A stretch of DNA of 63,386 nucleotides, filler included, from Octopus bimaculoides (GCF_001194135.2; 7 parts of 7 records of this genome joined end to end with filler, not necessarily neighbours in it), one strand, 5' to 3'; positions 10,965 to 23,851 are shown, numbered from the whole stretch's first letter. Notes: generated by a model not told the origin, from the letters alone. A program made the numbers and translations.

Positions 10965-12225
10965 GGGGTTGGACAAAATAATGGAAACACCTTAAAATTT
11001 CAAACAAATTTATCTTAATATGGGGTTGGACCGCCTTTGGTAGTAATTACAGCTTGAATTCTACGAGGTATAAACTCGTACAAAGTTTGAATTGTTTCCA
11101 AAGGAATTTTTGTCCATTCTTCAGCTAAAACAGTCTCCAGTTCTTGTAGTAATGATGGTGGAGGATATCGACTCCTTACTTATTTTTCTAAAATTCACTA
11201 TAAATATTCAATAATATTGAAATCTGGGGACTGTGGTGGCCAGATAAGATGTTCAACTTCACTAGAATGTTCCTTGTGCCATTCAATAACAACTTTAGCC
11301 GTGTGAATTGGTGCATTATCATCCCAAAAGATTGCGTTTCCTTCGGGAAATAGTTCCACAACCATAGGATGAATTTGATCAGATAAAATGCTTAAATAGT
11401 CTTGACTACTAATTCTGCCATGAAGGGAAACCATTGGGCCGGCGAATTTCCAAGATATAGACCTCAGATCCTCCTCTATGTTTAACAGTTGGAAGAAGGC
11501 AGTCTGGGTCAAATGCTTCTTTTGGCTGTCTCCACATGTATACTCGGCTGGTAGTCGGAAATAAGATAAAGGATGACTTGTCCGAGAAAATAGACATTCT
11601 TCCACTGCTCTAGGGACCAATTCAGTAGTTTTTTACTCCACTCTAAACGCTTTGCAAAGTCTATTTTTGAAAGTAGTGGTTTTCTGATTGCAGCCCTCTC
11701 TGAAATCCGGCTTTGTGCAGCTCCCGGTGAACCGTTTTTTGTGGAAACTGGGTTCTTGAGGTGGTCATTAAGCTCTGAAGTAATTTTGGGAGCTGTACTT
11801 TTGTGATCCTTTCTAACAATTCGCGTAAGAGTCCGACGGTCCCTATCTGAAAGTTTTGGTTTTCTTCCGGAGTTTTGTTTCGACGAGGAGGTCTTGCCCT
11901 CTTTCTCAAAGGCTGTCATTACTTTCGAGACAGTACTTCTTGATACACCAAATATTTCGGCTGTTTTCGTGACGCTAGCGCCTGTCATACGAGCACCAAC
12001 AATTTGACCTCTTTGAAAGTCCGATAAATCTGTCGCTTTAATGATTTTTAATTACCTTTTTCTGATGATATCTGAAAAGAAACAGTAATTCTAGCAAAAC
12101 ATAATAAGCAACACTAATAATAAATCAAAAAACATAAAAATAAACAAGCTTTTGACGGTTTTATAGATATTTAAAAATTATGATGCTATGATGCTTGGTG
12201 TTTCTATTATTTTGTCCATCCCCAG
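10963..12225 (-). mobile_element. Full-length Tc1-family DNA transposon, DD36E (Incomer-like), 1263 bp
   Basis: TIRs CAGGGGTTGGACAAAATAATGGAAACACC / GGTGTTTCTATTATTTTGTCCATCCCCAG, with TA on both sides (10961-62, 12226-27) and a transposase inside. Confidence 0.93.
11015..12036 (-). pseudogene. Tc1 transposase (frameshifts and stops)
   Basis: HTH region SDFQRGQIVGARMTGASVTKTAEIFGVSRSTVSKVM; IFSDKSSF (first D); WDDNAPIH...WPPQSPDFNIIE (second D and E, 36 residues between); C-terminus KGGPTPY*. Spread over three frames. Confidence 0.9.
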
Positions 12226-12233
12226 TATATATA

Positions 12234-12394
12234 CCGTATTTTAACGTGTATAAAGAACCCTTTTTTGTCAAAAATTAGGTTAAAAAATATGGGAGTTTCT
12301 TATACATGGATAGTATTATAATCCCTTACAAAACTCTTTTTTCCAAATTGTAAGCCCCAAAATTAGGGGATTCCTTATACACGTTAAAATACGG
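12234..12394. mobile_element. pogo/Tc2-like MITE (161 bp)
   Basis: TIR CCGTATTTTAACGTGTATAAAGAACCC / GGGATTCCTTATACACGTTAAAATACGG, with TA on both sides. Confidence 0.8.
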
Positions 12395-12699
12395 TATATA
12401 TGAATGTGTGTATGTGTTTGATTGCTTCTCCCACACTGCTTGATAACTGACGTTGGTTTGTTTACGTTCCTGTGACTTAACCGTTCCGCAATAGAGATTG
12501 ATAGGATAAGAACCAGTTTTTAAAATAAGTACTGGGGTTGACTTATTCGATTAAACCTGTAGTTTTCAACCATTTTGTACCTGTGTACCCCTTTGATTAT
12601 TACTATACTCTGGTGGGCCCCAATGGTCATTCGGTGTTTAAAAACTAGTTTTATAGATACTTCTTTCAAAATTCCAATTTTGTTTTTTACACATTCACT

Positions 12700-13840
12700 T
12701 GCGTATGTCCACTATAGCCTCGGGCCGATCAAAGCCTGGTGAGTGGATTTGGTAGACGGAAACTGAAAGAAGCCTGTCGTATATATGTATATATGTGTGT
12801 GTGTATGTTTGTGTGTCTGTGTTTGTCCCCCTAGCATTGCTTGACAACCGATGCTAGTGTGTTTATGTCCCCCTCACTTAGCGGTTCGGCAAAAGAGACC
12901 GATAGAATAAGTACTACGCTTACAAAGAATAAGTCCCGGGGTCGATTTGCTCGACTAATGGCGGTGCGGATCTTTTTTAAAACGGGGGCCACATTTTTCA
13001 TTAACGAAACACTTTGAAACTTGGAATACTGGTAGAATGTGTCATATAAAACATCTTTTTCTCTTAGTCTTCTTNNNNNNNNNNNNNNNNNNNNNNNNNN
13101 NNNNNNNNNNNNNNNNNNNNNNNNNNNNNNNNNNNNNNNNNNNNNNNNNNNNNNNNNNNNNNNNNNNNNNNNNNNNNNNNNNNNNNNNNNNNNNNNNNNN
13201 NNNNNNNNNNNNNNNNNNNNNNNNNNNNNNNNNNNNNNNNNNNNNNNNNNNNNNNNNNNNNNNNNNNNNNNNNNNNNNNNNNNNNNNNNNNNNNNNNNNN
13301 NNNNNNNNNNNNNNNNNNNNNNNNNNNNNNNNNNNNNNNNNNNNNNNNNNNNNNNNNNNNNNNNNNNNNNNNNNNNNNNNNNNNNNNNNNNNNNNNNNNN
13401 NNNNNNNNNNNNNNNNNNNNNNNNNNNNNNNNNNNNNNNNNNNNNNNNNNNNNNNNNNNNNNNNNNNNNNNNNNNNNNNNNNNNNNNNNNNNNNNNNNNN
13501 NNNNNNNNNNNNNNNNNNNNNCGAAGGTATGGAGATTAAATACGCTTTACATCGCTTAATCAGCCAAAGGAGTAAATATAAACAACTGAATACTTGTCAG
13601 TGATTGGTTGAAATTATCGAAATAAGACAATTTTTTACATGAAATAAATTCGAATACAAAAATATTTTTCTGTTCTATAACACAAAATAGATAAGTATAC
13701 GAAGTTTGAAAGTCTTTCCGTACCAAAAACACTACGTAAAACATTAATGAAAAATGTGGCCCCCGTTTTAAAATAGATCCGGCGGTGCTCCAGCATGGCC
13801 GCAGTCAAATAACTGAAACAAGTAAAAGAGTAAAGAGTAA
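12700..13840 (+). mobile_element. Family-A SINE interrupted by a Merlin-type MITE
   Basis: The SINE body 'ctatagcctcgggccgatc...ctcgactaatggcggtgc' resumes at 13781 'ggcggtgctccagcatggccgcag...aagtaaaagagtaaagagta'. Confidence 0.85.
12968..13780. mobile_element. Merlin-type MITE (second family; contains an N-gap)
   Basis: TIR GGATCTTTTTTAAAACGGGGGCCACATTTTTCATTAA / TTAATGAAAAATGTGGCCCCCGTTTTAAAATAGATCC. 8-bp TSD GGCGGTGC at 12960-12967 and 13781-13788. Confidence 0.85.
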
Positions 13841-15238
13841 GTAAAACTTCCAGCTATGAATAAAAGAGCACTTTTATAATCCAGGCAACTTTCAAAGACA
13901 AACACGGCGCAATTTTCGCTTCGCGAAATCATCGATCAGTTCACAATAATCAAACTGAGATCTAAGTTCGTGTTCAATAGATATCATAGACAATCCACAA
14001 AGTCTGGTACACGTTCGTGGTACAATGCAATATTTTTTACAAGAACTTTTTACAGGTACAATGTCTTACCATTTTATTTCTTGAAATTTTCAGTTAACAT
14101 AGTTGAATTCTTGTTCAACATCTTAACCAAAATAAACAGACGACTCATCTACGTACTTTGATCTTAACATGGGACCCCTCATCCGCGGAGGCCCCCTGCG
14201 ACCGCAAGGCTTGCAGGGGCTTAGCGACGGCCCTGCGCATGAATACTCATTTTTTCCCAGCTGAGTGGACTGGAATAACGTAAAATGAAGCTCAAGAACA
14301 CAACGCATCGTCCGGCTCAGGAACCGAAACCACAATCGGTGCAACACCCTAACCACCAAGCCATGCGCCTCTGCATTTCTGGATGTCGACTGTCACGATA
14401 TCAAAGTCTTGGAGTTTGCATGTGAGAATATCTGTGCATACGATCAACCGGCAGCNNNNNNNNNNNNNNNNNNNNNNNNNNNNNNNNNNNNNNNNNNNNN
14501 NNNNNNNNNNNNNNNNNNNNNNNNNNNNNNNNNNNNNNNNNNNNNNNNNNNNNNNNNNNNNNNNNNNNNNNNNNNNNNNNNNNNNNNNNNNNNNNNNNNN
14601 NNNNNNNNNNNNNNNNNNNNNNNNNNNNNNNNNNNNNNNNNNNNNNNNNNNNNNNNNNNNNNNNNNNNNNNNNNNNNNNNNNNNNNNNNNNNNNNNNNNN
14701 NNNNNNNNNNNNNNNNNNNNNNNNNNNNNNNNNNNNNNNNNNNNNNNNNNNNNNNNNNNNNNNNNNNNNNNNNNNNNNNNNNNNNNNNNNNNNNNNNNNN
14801 NNNNNNNNNNNNNNNNNNNNNNNNNNNNNNNNNNNNNNNNNNNNNNNNNNNNNNNNNNNNNNNNNNNNNNNNNNNNNNNNNNNNNNNNNNNNNNNNNNNN
14901 NNNNNNNNNNNNNNNNNNNNNNNNNNNNNNNNNNNNNNNNNNNNNNNNNNNNNNNNNNNNNNNNNNNNNNNNNNNNNNNNNNNNNNNNNNNNNNNNNNNN
15001 NNNNNNNNNNNNNNNNNNNNNNNNNNNNNNNNNNNNNNNNNNNNNNNNNNNNNNNNNNNNNNNNNNNNNNNNNNNNNNNNNNNNNNNNNNNNNNNNNNNN
15101 NNNNNNNNNNNNNNNNNNNNNNNNNNNNNNNNNNNNNNNNNNNNNNNNNNNNNNNNNNNNNNNNNNNNNNNNNNNNNNNNNNNNNNNNNNNNNNNNNNNN
15201 NNNNNNNNNNNNNNNNNNNNNNNNNNNNNNNNNNNNNN

Positions 15239-15286
<48 letters not shown>

Positions 15287-17842
15287 CCTCACTGGCTCGT
15301 CAACCCTCGGAGTTTATGAGAAAATATATGTATACGTTTAGTCCACAAAATTTAGCCAGTAACACCATACCATGTGAGAATAGCTAGTAAACTTTACAGC
15401 CCTGTCCTGATGTAAAGTGGAATGCGAAGAGAAATTTGACTGCCATTTCTAGCAGGTCCAGCGATCACATAGAGGCTTCCTCATTGGCTTGTCAATCCTT
15501 GGGTTTATTAGAAAACATGCGAACATATCCACCCCACAGAATCAAACCAGGATAGAACAAGAATCCTAGCCATGTGAGAACAGCTAATAAACTTTATACA
15601 CAGTAATCTTCCATCTAACTTAATAGTTTTGTCAGGTTCACCCAAGCAATCCATGTATCCAACCTGGCAATCATAGAATAGCCAGATTACTCAGCCACAC
15701 CGATACAGTCGTCAGTCCATGCGACAACCTTCCAAAGCCTTGTCAATGGAGGTTGGAGAGAGGAGTTACGAGTAGACTTTTTCAGACCAGTCAGTGTCTA
15801 CCTTATTAAACAATGCCATGGTTGTTTTATACAATGTTGATAGACATGGTTAAGTCTGTCACTGCAATCTCATTCCCCCACTTCTCTCTGTTTTTAGCTA
15901 ACCATCCCTTCCATTACACTCTTGTATAAGTCTCTCTTTTCTTTATTTTTCTACCTTTCCTTTCCTCCTCACCTCTTTAAATCCTTCTCTCTCTCTCTCT
16001 CTCTGTATTTCTCTTACTCTCTCTGTCTTTTCTTTTCTTTCTATAGTTCTTTCTTTCTCCCTTTCTCCTTTCTTGTCGCTTCTTATTCTGTCATTCTATC
16101 CCTGTTCGCCTTTCTGTATTATATCCATTTTCTTTCCCCTTCCTTTATCCTTTTACTCTTTCACTCAAACTTTCCTCCCTCCCCCCTCTCTCTCTCATAC
16201 ACATACACTCACACACACGTACCTGTGTGAATTGAGAATCGAGCTGGCAGGAACTAAGGTCCTGTATGTTATGTTTCGAGTGACAAATATACACAATGTA
16301 GTTATAAATATTATATTTGTAATACCTGACGACATAGAAAACAAAATCCAGCTCTCAATCAGACAGTAAAGATTTTTTCCTCATTCCCAATATTACAAAG
16401 AAACAAAAGCCCTCTCCCCCCTGCCACTACACCCATTCACCGTCCATTCTATTATCTTTCTAGCTTTCCTCCCCTTCGTCAACCCCCCCTCTATCCATTC
16501 TATCATTTCAGTCCACGCCCTCTCTTACCTCTCTGCTAGTCTCTTTTTCTTTTCCCTCTTTCTTTCTCTTTTATTCTGAGTGCTCTCCCTTCCCCTACCT
16601 TTTCCTTCCTTTTCTCATTTCTTTCTCTAGTTTCCTTATCTTTCTCTCCTCCCCTCTGCACTTTCTCTTACTCTCTATATTTCACTCCTACCCTATCTTG
16701 TACTCTTGTATCCTTCCTTTTTCTCCCCCTCCTGTCCCTTCCCTTCATCTTATATCTCTCTCTCTATCTCTGCCTTACTTCTTTCGCACTCCCTCCTACT
16801 TTGTTTTATACTCTTGCTTCTCTTCCTCTTTCTTTCTCCTCTCTGTCGTTTCTCTCACTTTCTCTCCTTATTTCTCTTATACTTTCGCTATCTTTCTCCT
16901 CCTCCTATCTTAACTCCACGCTTTCTCTCTTTCCCTAGCTGCCTCTCTGTCTTTCTCCCTCACACACAACTCCCTTTCTTTCTCTCTTTCCATTTCATTC
17001 TCTCACCCCGTTGTTTTCCCCCTCCTTCTCTTACTTTCCTCCTACTCCGTCTAACTTTACATTCCCCCCATCCCCTCTATATAATCATATATGAAGTCAC
17101 TTGTTGACTGTGACAAGCCTCTCTGTTCTTTTGTCACCAGTGATTGCATTTCCTCATTTTCTGTCCTTCTCGTAAACATACCTGGAGAGAAATGGTGTAA
17201 AAACTTAAGTTGGGACAGAGGAAACATTTCTCACCGAAGGTAAGATGGTACATTTTGTTTCTATGGTATCACCGCACATAAAATCTGGTGACTAACAATC
17301 CAAACCTACACTATTGGACATAAAAGAGAATATAGGAGACAGAAACTCTCTCGTAAATCTTGTTATCTTGTTGCTAAGATATAATTATTACTTCCTTGAT
17401 AGAATATACGGATTTGAAATTGTTTTAGTAGTGCGGACTTGGTAGTTTCAAGTACTCAATAAATGTTGTAGAGTTTATTCTTTCGAAGCTGGTGATTCAT
17501 TCTGTCTCAGTTTAAAGTTTCTTTTTTTTGCTGTGTGATATCAACCCTTCCTCTGCTCGAAGGATCGCATGTAATGAGAGGTATTCTGTGATAAAACCAC
17601 TTGCTTCGAACGACATATATATACATACGTATATCCGTTGGATATACATTGTCCAGGTGCCCTTCGGATTTAATTCTAATTCACTCTCATAGACTCCGCA
17701 TATTTTTACACACATACACAAATACGCGCACAACAACATATTCACGTACAAACACTTCAGTCTATAGTTTACTTTTGGTTAAGCCTACGTTATTAAGTTA
17801 ATTGCAATTGGGCAATTGTACATCTATCTCCACTTCTCTATC

Positions 17843-17886
<44 letters not shown>

Positions 17887-19081
17887 NNNNNNNNNNNNNN
17901 NNNNNNNNNNNNNNNNNNNNNNNNNNNNNNNNNNNNNNNNNNNNNNNNNNNNNNNNNNNNNNNNNNNNNNNNNNNNNNNNNNNNNNCATTTTGTGATCTT
18001 TGCTACCCTGGTATCTATTAGCCAATTTATTTTGTCGGATTTAATTATTAACTAAGAGAAAATAAATACATACAATAATATATATATATATTTGTGTATG
18101 CGCTTTTATGTATAGATATAATAATTTTACATTAATCCGAGGGGTTACTCTATATTTCTGTAGAGTACAAGTTTGTTTTTGAACAATATTGTTGACAATG
18201 ACATTAAGTTTCGATCAGTTAAGCCATCGTCGGACTAATAATATATAGTGGCTTCCAGTTACGCTAGTTTCTGAATAATATGTGTGTTATATCATATCAA
18301 AAATCGACACTACTTACTCTATATTTTTGCCCTGGGCTGAATGGACTATTCACGACTGTCTCAGAGTTCTCTGTTAGATAATCCTTGCACTATATACATT
18401 ACAGTAATAAATATATGTGTGTATGGCAGGGGTTTTCACATCAAAAATATGCTGCAGAGTTGAATGCACTATAATATAGAAGTGTGTGTGTGTGTTTGTT
18501 ATTATCAGCCCCAAGTCAGACCTGTTGGAGCATTCATGACCAAAAGCCTTGCAGCCGTGACCATCTTCTCCTTTTCCCTGTATACAAGAATCCCATGACC
18601 ACATTTTTCTGTTTAAGCTAGTGTGAGTGTCATTTTAAGGGAGGGAAGGGATTTGGCTGTTGTTTCTAACGGTTCGAACGACCACGTAAAGGCACTCTAA
18701 TACTGTTCTGCATTAAGATGATACTTTTCGGGACTGTCTGTATTTTTTGTATATTATATAGTGTATATATTAACCTAATTTCTAATATGTAGATATAAAA
18801 ATATTGTAATAATACAAGATCAAAATAAGTATTATGGTTGAGAAAATTCATAGACCGTAAAAACACTCACTACCGACTAGATATTTAACTGCTATAATGT
18901 TAGGTAATAACGATATATATTAATTATTAGTTAATTAATGATTAACTCTTAGTCTCACATCTTAGTTTTAATTGGGTATACCTACACAATTGGGTAAATT
19001 TACCCACAATTGTGCCCCTACTTCCCGTAACTTAAAGAAAAATGGGTAAATGAATATTTTTTTATGAAATTTTTTACAAAT

Positions 19082-19460
19082 AGGCACAAGTATGTGTAGT
19101 TGAGAAGCTTGTTTCCTAACCATGTGGTGTTGGATTCAGTCCTTCTTGGTGGCATATTGGGCAAGTGTCTTCTACTATAAACCTTGTGAGTGAATTTGGT
19201 GGATGGAAACTGAAAGAAGCCCGTCGTGTGTATGTGTGTTATATGTATGTTACGTTCGTCCCCCACCACTTTTTGACAATTGATGTTTATGTCCCCGTAA
19301 CTTAGCAAATTCAACAAAAGAAACCGGTAGAATAAGTATGTTTTTTTTTCTTTTGTTTTTTTTAAATAATTACTGGGGTTGACGTATTCGACTAAAACCC
19401 GTCACGGTGGTACCCCAGCATGGCATCAATCCAGTGGTTGAAACCAGTAAGAGAAAAGAT
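19082..19460 (+). mobile_element. Family-A SINE, diverged
   Basis: 'aggcacaagtatgtgtagttgagaagc..catgtggtgttggattcagtcc..ggcaagtgtcttctactata...ggtaccccagcatggc'. Confidence 0.75.
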
Positions 19461-19925
19461 AACGATAAGTACATTTNNNNNNNNNNNNNNNNNNNNNNNN
19501 NNNNNNNNNNNNNNNNNNNNNNNNNNNNNNNNNNNNNNNNNNNNNNNNNNNNNNNNNNNNNNNNNNNNNNNNNNNNNNNNNNNNNNNNNNNNNNNNNNNN
19601 NNNNNNNNNNNNNNNNNNNNNNNNNNNNNNNNNNNNNNNNNNNNNNNNNNNNNNNNNNNNNNNNNNNNNNNNNNNNNNNNNNNNNNNNNNNNNNNNNNNN
19701 NNNNNNNNNNNNNNNNNNNNNNNNNNNNNNNNNNNNNNNNNNNNNNNNNNNNNNNNNNNNNNNNNNNNNNNNNNNNNNNNNNNNNNNNNNNNNNNNNNNN
19801 NNNNNNNNNNNNNNNNNNNNNNNNNNNNNNNNNNNNNNNNNNNNNNNNNNNNNNNNNNNNNNNNNNNNNNNNNNNNNNNNNNNNNNNNNNNNNNNNNNNN
19901 NNNNNNNNNNNNNNNNNNNNNNNNN

Positions 19926-19970
<45 letters not shown>

Positions 19971-20702
19971 CTATATATTGTCCATTATATCTCTATTTAA
20001 TGAGTTGCATTAAATTAGAGCCCTCACAATCGCTCTAATTGTTATTTGTTGCTAAGGGTCTCTCCAGTCGAAAGGGCATCTTCAATGCAGCTAGGATCGC
20101 ATTGCAATAACTTTCCCTTCTCGTCGGGACCAGAAGACGCTTTAGTCCCTATTATTAATACTGGTATGGCAGCGAACAGGTACACAAGGCAAATAAATCT
20201 TAGCAACATTTTGTCCGTCCTTACGTCGAGGTTGATTTTGACTTTCATCCTTTTATGGGTGTTGATAAAATAAGTGCCAGTTGAACACCGGAGTAGACAC
20301 ACACACACACACACACATAAACGAGTACATACACAAAAAGCATAAGCGATTCGGTAGTTTTGATATACTTTCTCCGAAAGATCGCCCTGGCCCTCTCTCC
20401 GAAATTGTTGATCTTGAGCCAAGATTTGAAACCAGTAATTATTGATACTGTACAAAGCTCAGGTGAGGCTCACAAAATGAGGTTCTCTCACATTTGGGAC
20501 GGTGCTGCTGCATACGCGAACATTTTCAACCACCTTCAATTAAAGACCACTGGACCGATTAACATAAAGCCACCCATATGTGTACTGTATCATTTCTTTA
20601 CCNNNNNNNNNNNNNNNNNNNNNNNNNNNNNNNNNNNNNNNNNNNNTTAATTAATTAANNNNNNNNNNNNNNNNNNNNNNNNNNNNNNNNNNNNNNNNNN
20701 NN

Positions 20703-20734
<32 letters not shown>

Positions 20735-20738
<4 letters not shown>

Positions 20739-20930
20739 GCTTCCTGTTAGAATTTACAAAATGATTTACAGTTGAAATATACAGAAAACAAAAGACGAAG
20801 ACAGGTGTATGAACAACAAGCAGGTATATAAGTTTGACGCTCGGAAAAGTCAGAAAGTCCTTTATGTTTCGAGCCTACGCTCTCCAACAGAAAGGAATAA
20901 GAGAAAATAAACAGAGAGAGAATAAAAAAC
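20735..20930 (-). repeat. Interspersed repeat (possible Penelope-type terminal repeat); second copy at 56703-56850 (+)
   Basis: The reverse complement matches 56703-56850: 'ttctctctctgtttattttctcttattcctttctgttg(a/g)agagcgtaggctcgaaac...cgagcgtcaaact..atac..gcttgttgttcatacacctgtcttc'. Confidence 0.65.
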
Positions 20931-23815
20931 TTAGGTCATTAAGAATGAAATGTCTTCTTTTCGTATGCACCAAGTTGTTTAACAGATGTTAAGTCTAATA
21001 TATATATATACATATATACATACATATATACATACATACATACACACAACACACACACACACATGCACACTCACGCACACACAATGACAAACAAGATATA
21101 TAATATATATAATAATAATATTAGGGATAAAATCCAAAATTACCGGTAAAAANNNNNNNNNNATATATATATATGAATAGTACATGCTTCTTCTAGACTC
21201 CGACTACCAAATACACTTGCAAAGATTTGGTTAACCTGTGGATATAGGTAGCTAATTTTAGATCTGTTCTTGGGTACATCGTGTATGATTTCAATTATAT
21301 CATCGCTTTCATCATATAAGGTTTCGTTTTCAAGAGAGAACACACTCCTTTAAATCTAAATTAATTGTAAAATAATAAACATGAAGCTTAAAGTAATCAG
21401 CTTTTAACATAATAATCTTCTTTTACAGGTATTCCACGAATAAGATACACTGAAAAAGTGCTGGTGCTGATTACCGCGTATTCAACAACCATATTTATTA
21501 TCCAGCTTCTCTCTTATCTTTCTTTGTTTTTCGTATCCCATTACTTGGAAGTGATCTAAATGATTGTGTCTTCAACGAACGTTTATGCTCATTTTATGAC
21601 CAAATTTTATACAATTGAACATTCCGTCTACTAATCTAGAGTATTTACCAGAAATTTTTTGATATTCGGAAAAGAAGGCCTTGCACTGGACTCTGTATTG
21701 TTAATTGAATTTATGAATGTGGATATTTTATAAACTTTCATGTGTAGGGAACACCAAAAACTCGAGCTTTAATTTTTTTATGCTCACTTCCAACAATATT
21801 TTAATTAAGTTACTAACACAGACACCTTCGTCCAAAGTTTTAAACTTTTACGCTGAAATGGACTGGATCTAGTAATTTAGGGGTTTTGAAAATTATGTAA
21901 TAATCGAATCGAATAAATAATGTTATTTTTGTATCAAAAAGAATATAAATAAAACCGATGACATTTATGAAACTAAGTCTAATATATCTAAGAATAGTAG
22001 TAGCCCCAAGGCAACTGATGTCCCTAATTTCAACACAAGTATAATTTTGTAATAGTAATGATATTTGATTACTATAATTGCATATCCCATAAGACATTGA
22101 AAGTGGAAACTAATTACACTTATGAATTTGGTACAAATCTATTAAAACAGATCGAAATTCAAGGTTCCTATCAGTATATCGGATAATTCTATGGTTTGAA
22201 GTTTACCCAGGTGGGATGAATATACTGTTCAGATCTTAACAGAAACTTACACATTGTCTCAGGGAACGAAATCTAAGCGCTAACCCTCAACTAAACGTGG
22301 TGCAGGCAGAGCTAAGTAGGAACCTTTATGATACACACTCGTCGGGTTTTTGCAGATAAATGTTTAATAGGCATTAATAATAAAAAAAAAATCAGTTAAT
22401 ACACGCTTCACGAAAACATCTCTCGTATTCACCTTAACATGAATGGGAAATGGGAAGAAACTAAAATCTTCCAGCCCACTAAAAATAATAGGCCTTATTA
22501 TCGATGAAAATCTTCCTTAATAAACCAAAACAAAATGACTAAGACTTCCTCTTCGCACCCATAAAATACTTCATCCTTTAAAAACTAACAACATTAGATG
22601 CAGTGGTTTGCCGTTTCCACGATTACGTATATAGCTGTTATTATACACAAAGACGCCCTAAAAAGATAGGCCATTCGACTTGTTGCTATGGAGCCATTCA
22701 CCTAAACCTTTGACTCAGAGCCGTGCTGTATCATATGTCTTCTTTTGCTACTGCATCTATTTTTTGTAACTGGTCACTCTAGACCCATCTCAACTCAGGC
22801 ACTCACCCGTCATTGTCCCTCCGCCTCTAATCATCCATATTGTGGCTTTCCTCTTCACCCCTCAGTAAATACTGTGTCCAGTGATTCCTATAAAGAGTGA
22901 TGTCCACCGAAATGATTCACTGCATATATTTTTTTTTCCTGTGGCCGTCACCTTAACCCTTTGCTTCTCCTATGTATCATATGCAATATACAGGGCATAT
23001 TTCTTTGACGTCCATGCATCATATATGTCATATATTATATGATACATATTCCCAAGGTTTTTCAATCAGCATAGTAAAACAGGATTTAAAAAAGGACAGC
23101 TTTATGTTACTCAGAATGTATGCAACATGGGCTAACTAAAAGTCTGAAAACAAGGATGGACTGAACCTTTAGGACAAACTTATGAAAATACTCTGGACAG
23201 GTAAAATATTAGTTGCAGAATATTAACCACATGAATTTTACCAGTATCCTAGTGTCTGACGTGATTTACTTTAGATTAAACCAATAAAAATTTGATAATA
23301 ACATGCTCAAACACAGGTCACAATTGTATCAGGTCCCGGTTGTGTTCCGCGTTCAAATATCGCCAGAACAACTTCAGCTTTCATCATTTCGGTGCTAAAA
23401 AATAAAAGTATGCACCTGACAATCCTAATCAACTAACTTCTTACCCTACCTTATATGCTTTGTATCCCTGTGTTAGAATCGTTTCCTTTATTATCAAAAT
23501 ATTGCGCTTAATGCTTTATATTAATTTGATTCTAGCCATGACGTTTTAGGAAATTTTTCGCAGTTTGCAGCTGTTAACATAGCAACATTTGTTTCATACT
23601 GGCCATGGTAGTAGTAGTAGTAGCAGCAGCAGTAGTATTAGTACTAGGTGTGATCATAGTGGTGGTGGTGGAGCGGGAAAACACACGCACACACACGTAC
23701 ACATTTAAACACACAGATTCAATCAGACATACAATTCACACACACACACAGACGTGCGAATGTTAGCATGTATAAATATACACCCATTATTGGATCAATT
23801 TTAAGCATGGATGGA

Positions 23816-23851
<36 letters not shown>

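Noticed and set aside
20335-20440. Protein-like plus-strand frame KRFGSFDILSPKDRPGPLSEIVDLEPRF
   Set aside because: It overlaps a probable MITE terminus (ccgaaagatcgcc), has no clear splice sites and ends in a stop.
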